From Candidatus Poribacteria bacterium (lineage in GTDB: Bacteria; Poribacteria; WGA-4E; WGA-3G), in NCBI GenBank assembly GCA_963665235.2, contig CAXXLX010000001.1, positions 3,584,001 through 3,648,000 on the forward strand: DNA of 64,000 nucleotides. The letters are read 5' to 3'. A program made the translations under genes and the position numbers. Below are positions 58,786 through 64,000 of the stretch, one piece after another (position 1 is the stretch's first letter; every line of letters starts with the position of its first letter). The notes below the pieces were generated by a model. That model searched no databases. It saw only the letters and a list, made by a program, of their open reading frames with translations, and was not told where the DNA came from.

Positions 58786-59976
58786 ATGACAACTGCTGAA
58801 ATTAAAGCGATGGCGACAGAATATATTATTAACACCTACGGTGACAGAAGCCTTGCATTCGCTAAAGGTGAGGGGCCCTATTTGTGGGACGCGGAGGGGA
58901 AGAAATATCTTGACTTCCTCGGTGGGCTCGCTGTCAACGGTTTGGGGCATTGCCACCCAAACGTCGTCGCCGCTATCCGTGAGCAGGCAGGCAAACTGTT
59001 GCACACATCTAATCTTTACTATATACAACCGCAGGCAGAACTAGCGAAACTTCTGATTGACAACTCCGATATGCATCAGTGCTTTTTCTGTAATAGCGGG
59101 GCTGAAGCAAACGAGGCTGCAATTAAACTCGCGCGGAAATACACCAAAGACAGCGGTAGAACGGATGCTTACGAAATCATTACGATGGAGAATTCGTTCC
59201 ACGGACGTACGATGGCAACTATCACTGCCACCGCACAAACGAAATACCACGTCGGCTTTGAACCGATGCTTGAAGGTTTTAAGTACGTCCCGTTTGATGA
59301 CTTGGAATCAACCGAAGCGGCTATTAGCGAAAAAACCTGTGCTATTCTCGTAGAACCGATTCAATCTGAAGGCGGAGTCAATATGCCCAGCCAAGGTTAC
59401 CTAAATGGCCTCCGCAATCTATGTGATGAAAACAATCTGTTGCTCATCTTCGACGAGGTCCAAACCGCTATGGGCAGATTGGGCACCTTTTTCGGATACC
59501 AAAGCTACGGTGTTGTCCCCGATGTGATTACAATGGCAAAGGCACTCGGAAGCGGTGTCCCTATCGGGGCTATGCTGGCGAAACGGGAGATAGCAGCGAG
59601 TTTCGTCCCGGGCACCCACGCGGCAACTTTCGGTGGCAATCCATTGGTCACTGCAGCCGCAGCAGCAACCGTCAGAACCATTTTGGAAGAAAATCTCGCT
59701 GTGAATGCCGTTAAAATGGGAAATTATCTCGCTGGCGGACTGATGGAACTCAAGGAGAACTACCCGGTTAAAGAGGTCCGCGGAAAAGGGTTGCTGCGCG
59801 GCTTAGTCATGGAGGTCGATGCTAAACCGCTCGCCGCAAAGTGTATTGAAAACGGGTTGGTCACTATTTGCACTAACGATTACGTCCTACGTTTCCTACC
59901 CCCACTCAATATCAATTCTGGCCATGTTGAAGAAGCTGTTAATATCGTTGAAAAATCGATGTCCGAGGTCCTGTAG
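58786..59976 (+). CDS. argD: Acetylornithine aminotransferase
   Basis: HTSNLY, NSGAEANEAAIKLARK, SFHGRT, FDEVQT, MAKALGSG, TFGGNPL. Confidence 0.9.
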   Translation: MTTAEIKAMATEYIINTYGDRSLAFAKGEGPYLWDAEGKKYLDFLGGLAVNGLGHCHPNVVAAIREQAGKLLHTSNLYYIQPQAELAKLLIDNSDMHQCFFCNSGAEANEAAIKLARKYTKDSGRTDAYEIITMENSFHGRTMATITATAQTKYHVGFEPMLEGFKYVPFDDLESTEAAISEKTCAILVEPIQSEGGVNMPSQGYLNGLRNLCDENNLLLIFDEVQTAMGRLGTFFGYQSYGVVPDVITMAKALGSGVPIGAMLAKREIAASFVPGTHAATFGGNPLVTAAAAATVRTILEENLAVNAVKMGNYLAGGLMELKENYPVKEVRGKGLLRGLVMEVDAKPLAAKCIENGLVTICTNDYVLRFLPPLNINSGHVEEAVNIVEKSMSEVL

Positions 59977-60858
59977 ATGAGATATCCCTCCTCACCATTT
60001 GTAGGCGTGAGCTTCAGTGCGCCATGGCAACGTTTCATGCTCTGTCTACTTTTCTTAGTGGCGATAACCAGCAGCGGTTGTGGAGGTAAGGCTCCTAATG
60101 TTGGTCCATCTACAACGAATATGTCCCGATTTGACGCGCTCCGGGGTACACTGCAGGAAAGATATGACCTCACAGGCTCTCTAAAAATTACGAAGATGAA
60201 GGTAGTAATTGCTGAGGGCGACCGGCATGACGAACTCCGCGAGTTGCTATGGTATAAAAGGGCTGAAGATGGGAGTGAACTCCTCCACATCCAAGCGTTG
60301 GGTGTGCCACTCTATGAAACAAGGGCAGTTGTTATTGCAAATCGCAATCAATTTATGCTCCGCCTTATCAATGAACAGGAGGCATATTTAGGTGAATTAT
60401 CCGATGGCGTTTTGCGCCAAATCTTCGGTATTGACCTGCGCGTGTCGGATGTGCTCAGTGCTATTTTCGCCAACCCGTTTCTGGATGGCCGCATTGCGGA
60501 GCTGAAGGTTGTCACATCAGGTAACAAATTCGTTGTAACGCGCCCGGGTGCGGAAGAGGGAGCCGTAGAAACGATTGTGCTCTTCGTCCGAGATGACGAA
60601 CCGCGTGTGACAGAATGGCGTATCAGCGATAAAAATGGTGAACTTCAACAGCGCATCGTTTTCTCAGACTATCAGGAGGTTGATGGTATCCTCCGACCCC
60701 ACACGGTTGAAATTGAGCGGCCCCTCGAAGAGACTCAAGTCGTTGTGAAAATCGCTGAGGTACAACTGAACGTTGAGATTAAGGACAGCAAATTCGACTT
60801 CACCCCGTTTCTCACAGAGGATGTCACAATTAAATTGTTGACAGATGTGCCGAAATGA
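59977..60858 (+). CDS. Lipoprotein of LolB/DUF4292-like type
   Basis: Lipobox SSGC, FSDYQEVDG..RP motif, position directly upstream of ispE. Confidence 0.6.
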   Translation: MRYPSSPFVGVSFSAPWQRFMLCLLFLVAITSSGCGGKAPNVGPSTTNMSRFDALRGTLQERYDLTGSLKITKMKVVIAEGDRHDELRELLWYKRAEDGSELLHIQALGVPLYETRAVVIANRNQFMLRLINEQEAYLGELSDGVLRQIFGIDLRVSDVLSAIFANPFLDGRIAELKVVTSGNKFVVTRPGAEEGAVETIVLFVRDDEPRVTEWRISDKNGELQQRIVFSDYQEVDGILRPHTVEIERPLEETQVVVKIAEVQLNVEIKDSKFDFTPFLTEDVTIKLLTDVPK

Positions 60859-61745
60859 AGAGATTAGATAGTTTACGGGTTCGCGCGCATGCCAAAATCA
60901 ACCTCTATTTGGATGTTATCGGCAAACGTGCGGATGGATACCATGAACTTGAGACAGTTTTCCATTCCATCGACTTGCACGATGTTATTATCATTTGCAG
61001 GCGGGACAGGCAGGGGATAACAGTTCACTGTGAACATCCAGAGGTGCCGTGTGATGAAAGCAATATAGTCTATCGGGCGGCGCAATCCCTCAGCGATACA
61101 GTGGGTGGATTCGGGGGTGTTGAGATACAGATTCATAAGCGAATACCTGTCGCAGCAGGGCTCGGGGGGGGAAGCGCAAACGCTGCGGCTGTCCTCCACG
61201 GTATCAATCAACTTTTTTCGTTGGGTTTACCCCAGGACACGCTGATGCAACTCGGGGTACAATTAGGGGCAGATGTTCCGTTTTGCCTATTAGGGGGGGC
61301 AGCACTCGGACACGGTATCGGTGAGATTTTAACCCCATTACCCGCGCTTGTGAATGTGCCGCTACTCCTTTTAAACCGAGGTGTAGCGATTTTAACAGCG
61401 AATGTCTTCAAAAATTTACATTTTTTCTTGACAAATGAGAAAAAAGTAGGTATAATTATAAAGACTTATGTTGAGAAGGGTGATGTCGTTGGAATTTCAG
61501 AAAACCTGTACAATCTGCTTGAAGTGCCGGTTTTCTCCAAATATCCCGAACTTGCCACGCTTAAAACCGAACTAGCGAAACAGCCGGGCTGTTCCGGCGC
61601 GCTGATGTCGGGAAGTGGGGCCACGGTGTTTGGCGTGATGGAAGACATCGCTGCAGCACAACAGGCCGAATCACACTTCAAAAACAACGTCAACTTTCAC
61701 ACAACGACTGCCACAAGTGCTGTCGGTGTGTACATCGATAATTGA
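60855..61745 (+). CDS. ispE: 4-diphosphocytidyl-2-C-methyl-D-erythritol kinase
   Basis: AKINLYL, DGYHEL, KRIPVAAGLGGGSANAA, LGADVPF, MSGSG. Confidence 0.96.
   Translation: MKRLDSLRVRAHAKINLYLDVIGKRADGYHELETVFHSIDLHDVIIICRRDRQGITVHCEHPEVPCDESNIVYRAAQSLSDTVGGFGGVEIQIHKRIPVAAGLGGGSANAAAVLHGINQLFSLGLPQDTLMQLGVQLGADVPFCLLGGAALGHGIGEILTPLPALVNVPLLLLNRGVAILTANVFKNLHFFLTNEKKVGIIIKTYVEKGDVVGISENLYNLLEVPVFSKYPELATLKTELAKQPGCSGALMSGSGATVFGVMEDIAAAQQAESHFKNNVNFHTTTATSAVGVYIDN
61428..61456 (+). promoter_or_regulatory. Consensus sigma70 promoter inside ispE
   Basis: TTGACA-17-TATAAT, upstream of tRNA-Gln and rplY. Confidence 0.7.
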
Positions 61746-61817
61746 AGGGCGGTGGCCAAGCGGTAAGGCACAGGTCTTTGGAACCTGCATGCGTAGGTTC
61801 GAATCCTACCCGCCCTG
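61746..61817 (+). tRNA. tRNA-Gln (anticodon TTG), CCA not encoded
   Basis: Acceptor AGGGCGG/CCGCCCT, D-arm GCCAAGCGGTAAGGC, anticodon arm CAGGT-CTTTGGA-ACCTG, T-loop GTTCGAATC. Confidence 0.95.
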
Positions 61818-61855
61818 TTCTTTATTTACTAAGACAAAAGGTTTAAAAGTATAAA

Positions 61856-62572
61856 ATGCAACAAGCGAAATTAGAAATTCAACAACGAGACACCTTCGGA
61901 AAACAAGGGGCCCGTGCCCTCCGACGCGCGGGGGATGTGCCAGCTGTCCTCTACGGACGCAAGCAGGGGACCGTAGCAATCCAACTCAACGAACGCACAT
62001 TCAAACAATTCCTCCGAACCTACGGTGAAAACGTCATCATTAATATGGAAGTCACCGAAGGCAATCCGGAACCTGTCATTATCAAAGAAATTCAACGTGA
62101 CCCTGTGGAAAAACAGACTATCCTTCATGCAGATTTTATTAGAATCTCGTTGGATGAACCTGTAACATCAACTGTCCCTGTTGTTTTGGTAGGCACTCCC
62201 GCAGGGGCACAGCACGGCGGGGTCGTCGAATTCCCACTCCGATACTTAACACTAAGATGCCTGCCCGAGCTGATGCCCAATGAAATTCCCATCGACATTA
62301 ATCAGATGGAAATTGGCGATAGCGTCTATGTCCGAGACTTAGAACTTGCCGAAGAAATCGATATTTTAGATGAACTTCAACGGATGATTGTTACGGTCAG
62401 TCAGCCGCGTGTCCAGGTCGAAGAAGAGATTGAGCCAGAAGAAGGCGAAGAAGGCGAAGAAGGTGAAGAAGGTGAAGGTGAAGAAGGCGCAGCGGAAGCG
62501 GAAGAAAATGAAGAGCCAACTGAACCTGAAGTAATTTCACGTAGACGGCGTGGCGATGATGACGAAGATTGA
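61856..62572 (+). CDS. rplY: 50S ribosomal protein L25/CTC
   Basis: GKQGARALRR, VPAVLYG, IQRDP, HADF, acidic tail. Confidence 0.95.
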   Translation: MQQAKLEIQQRDTFGKQGARALRRAGDVPAVLYGRKQGTVAIQLNERTFKQFLRTYGENVIINMEVTEGNPEPVIIKEIQRDPVEKQTILHADFIRISLDEPVTSTVPVVLVGTPAGAQHGGVVEFPLRYLTLRCLPELMPNEIPIDINQMEIGDSVYVRDLELAEEIDILDELQRMIVTVSQPRVQVEEEIEPEEGEEGEEGEEGEGEEGAAEAEENEEPTEPEVISRRRRGDDDED

Positions 62573-62596
62573 TAACACAGCTGGAGTACCACCCGT

Positions 62597-63766
62597 TTGG
62601 AGAAAAATGTGAAAATCAAAGATTTTCATATCTTTTTTTTATTCATTGGCGTAGTCGGCTACGCAATATACAGCGTTGCACAAATGCCAACTGTCCGATT
62701 CGTTGACAGTGAGGGAAAAACGCTCGACGAGGCACAAGCTGTTCTGCATGCCGAACAGCTTTACGTGCCGCTTGATACCGTCAAAACCGTTTTTGACCCG
62801 GAGATGACACACCGTTATAGTCTCCCTACAAAACAGCTCACTTTGAAAACGAAAGGCAAACAGCTCCTCTTACAGATAAACGACTCTAGCGTCTCCATCG
62901 ATTCCGGAAGACAAATTGTTACGCTCCCAGCACCCCCCCGGGTGATTCGGGGAGAACCGATGTTACCCATCGCTTTCTTTTACCAACTGCTCCCACTCCT
63001 TGATAACGTTGAGGTACGCTACAACTCTAACCTTCAACGTATTCGGATAATGTCCAAAACGGAACAGGCACCCAACGCCTCCGAAGACAAGCAGGAATGG
63101 ACAGTTATTATTGACCCCGGACACGGCGGGGAGGATGACCTCGGTTGTGAAAGTCAGGCGGGACTCCTTGAAAAGGATATCGTTCTTTTACTCGCTAAAG
63201 AAATTCAAATTCTCAGCGAACAGCAAGGGCTCTCGATTCGGCTCACGCGTGCCCGGGATGTCAAAAAGACGCGTATTCAACGTATTCAAAGTGCAAACCG
63301 AAATCGGGGACAACTGTTTCTGAGTTTGCATTGTAACGCCTCCTTTTCGCCAAATGACAGCGGCATGCAGCTTTACCTCAATAACCCGAACGGGCTGCTT
63401 CGATTCCAAAACCCTGTCAAATCAGCATTCAGCCGGGAACGTCTGAGACTTCTGCCGCAACCCAATTTTCTGTCGCAGAGCCGAGAATTTGCTACCTTGC
63501 TTCAGAAAGAGTTGGATTTCATGGCAGAAAAACCGGTTGTTATAAACGAATTACCTATAGTCGCGCTAGCGGATGCGTCTATGCCTGCTGTGCTGCTGGA
63601 GCTCGGTTTTCTCACTAATACAGCAGATGTTATATTACTTTCCAACCATGACCATATCAATGAACTCGCGGCAGCTATTCTCCGCGCCATACAGGTATAT
63701 TCCGCAGCGGCTAAACCGCCAGCCGATGCTGCTGAGCAGCAGGAAAACGAACAGCACCAGGAGTAA
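62597..63766 (+). CDS. N-acetylmuramoyl-L-alanine amidase (Amidase_3)
   Basis: IIDPGHGG, LEKD, FLSLHCNA, AVLLELGFLTN. Confidence 0.9.
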   Translation: MEKNVKIKDFHIFFLFIGVVGYAIYSVAQMPTVRFVDSEGKTLDEAQAVLHAEQLYVPLDTVKTVFDPEMTHRYSLPTKQLTLKTKGKQLLLQINDSSVSIDSGRQIVTLPAPPRVIRGEPMLPIAFFYQLLPLLDNVEVRYNSNLQRIRIMSKTEQAPNASEDKQEWTVIIDPGHGGEDDLGCESQAGLLEKDIVLLLAKEIQILSEQQGLSIRLTRARDVKKTRIQRIQSANRNRGQLFLSLHCNASFSPNDSGMQLYLNNPNGLLRFQNPVKSAFSRERLRLLPQPNFLSQSREFATLLQKELDFMAEKPVVINELPIVALADASMPAVLLELGFLTNTADVILLSNHDHINELAAAILRAIQVYSAAAKPPADAAEQQENEQHQE

Positions 63767-63774
63767 TCTAGATT

Positions 63775-64000
63775 GTGAAGGATAACACTAAAATTATTCT
63801 TTCAAGACTCTCCGTGATATGGGGCATAACCCTGGTAGGTATTATTATCGGGCTTGCTATCACCCTCCTGCTGATTTCCCGGACGAAGCAGCATGCACCA
63901 CAACCCCCACCCCGACTGCCGGATGCTGCTAGTCCCTCAGATAACCCACCGCCCCCACAACAGGCAAACCTATTTCTTTTGGACGCGACATCCCTTGAAA
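63775..64000 (+). CDS. Membrane-anchored protein, possibly GerMN-type (3'-truncated by window)
   Basis: GTG start, MKDNTKIILSRLSVIWGITLVGIIIGLAITLLL TM then Pro-rich linker; open to window end; GerMN guess from synteny with amidase only. Confidence 0.5.
   Translation, partial: MKDNTKIILSRLSVIWGITLVGIIIGLAITLLLISRTKQHAPQPPPRLPDAASPSDNPPPPQQANLFLLDATSLE

Noticed and set aside
59995-60025. tttgtaggcgtg resembling the IS630 end
   Set aside because: Similarity stops after about 12 nt and lies in coding sequence
62435-62490. GAAGAAGG(C/T) short repeats in rplY
   Set aside because: Encode the ordinary acidic tail of L25/CTC proteins

Overview
Bacterial genomic window, probably from Candidatus Poribacteria (inferred from the C-terminal '...V-P-GK---TWG-IK' motif, PhyH, enolase and Gfo/Idh catabolic genes and heptamer-repeat elements). 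Housekeeping genes (thiE, rsmB, rpsT, clpX-like, msrB, argD, ispE, tRNA-Gln, rplY, amidase) are interleaved with heavily edited accessory DNA. Highlights: (1) an apparently intact IsrB OMEGA element (omegaRNA + PLMP/RuvC protein without HNH) inserted exactly between the RBS and the ATG of a sigma54-driven lipoprotein gene, plus an orphan copy of the same element end fused to another start codon; (2) four sigma54 promoters with palindromic enhancer arrays and two sigma54 activators; two of these promoters drive two-gene cassettes that pair a variable secreted protein (one with 11 Asn/Asp/Pro repeats) with a remotely homologous membrane-anchored protein; (3) genes broken by small mobile DNAs that can be reconstructed base by base (serine protease/IS982-like MITE, chlorite-dismutase-family gene/57-nt insert, secreted protein/55-bp duplication); (4) an Rpn-family gene with an internal RBS plus an orphan RpnS-like gene; (5) IS630, IS982 and IS4/IS701-like elements, MITEs, REP-like and heptamer-repeat elements. 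All assignments come from reading motifs by eye; no database search was run.
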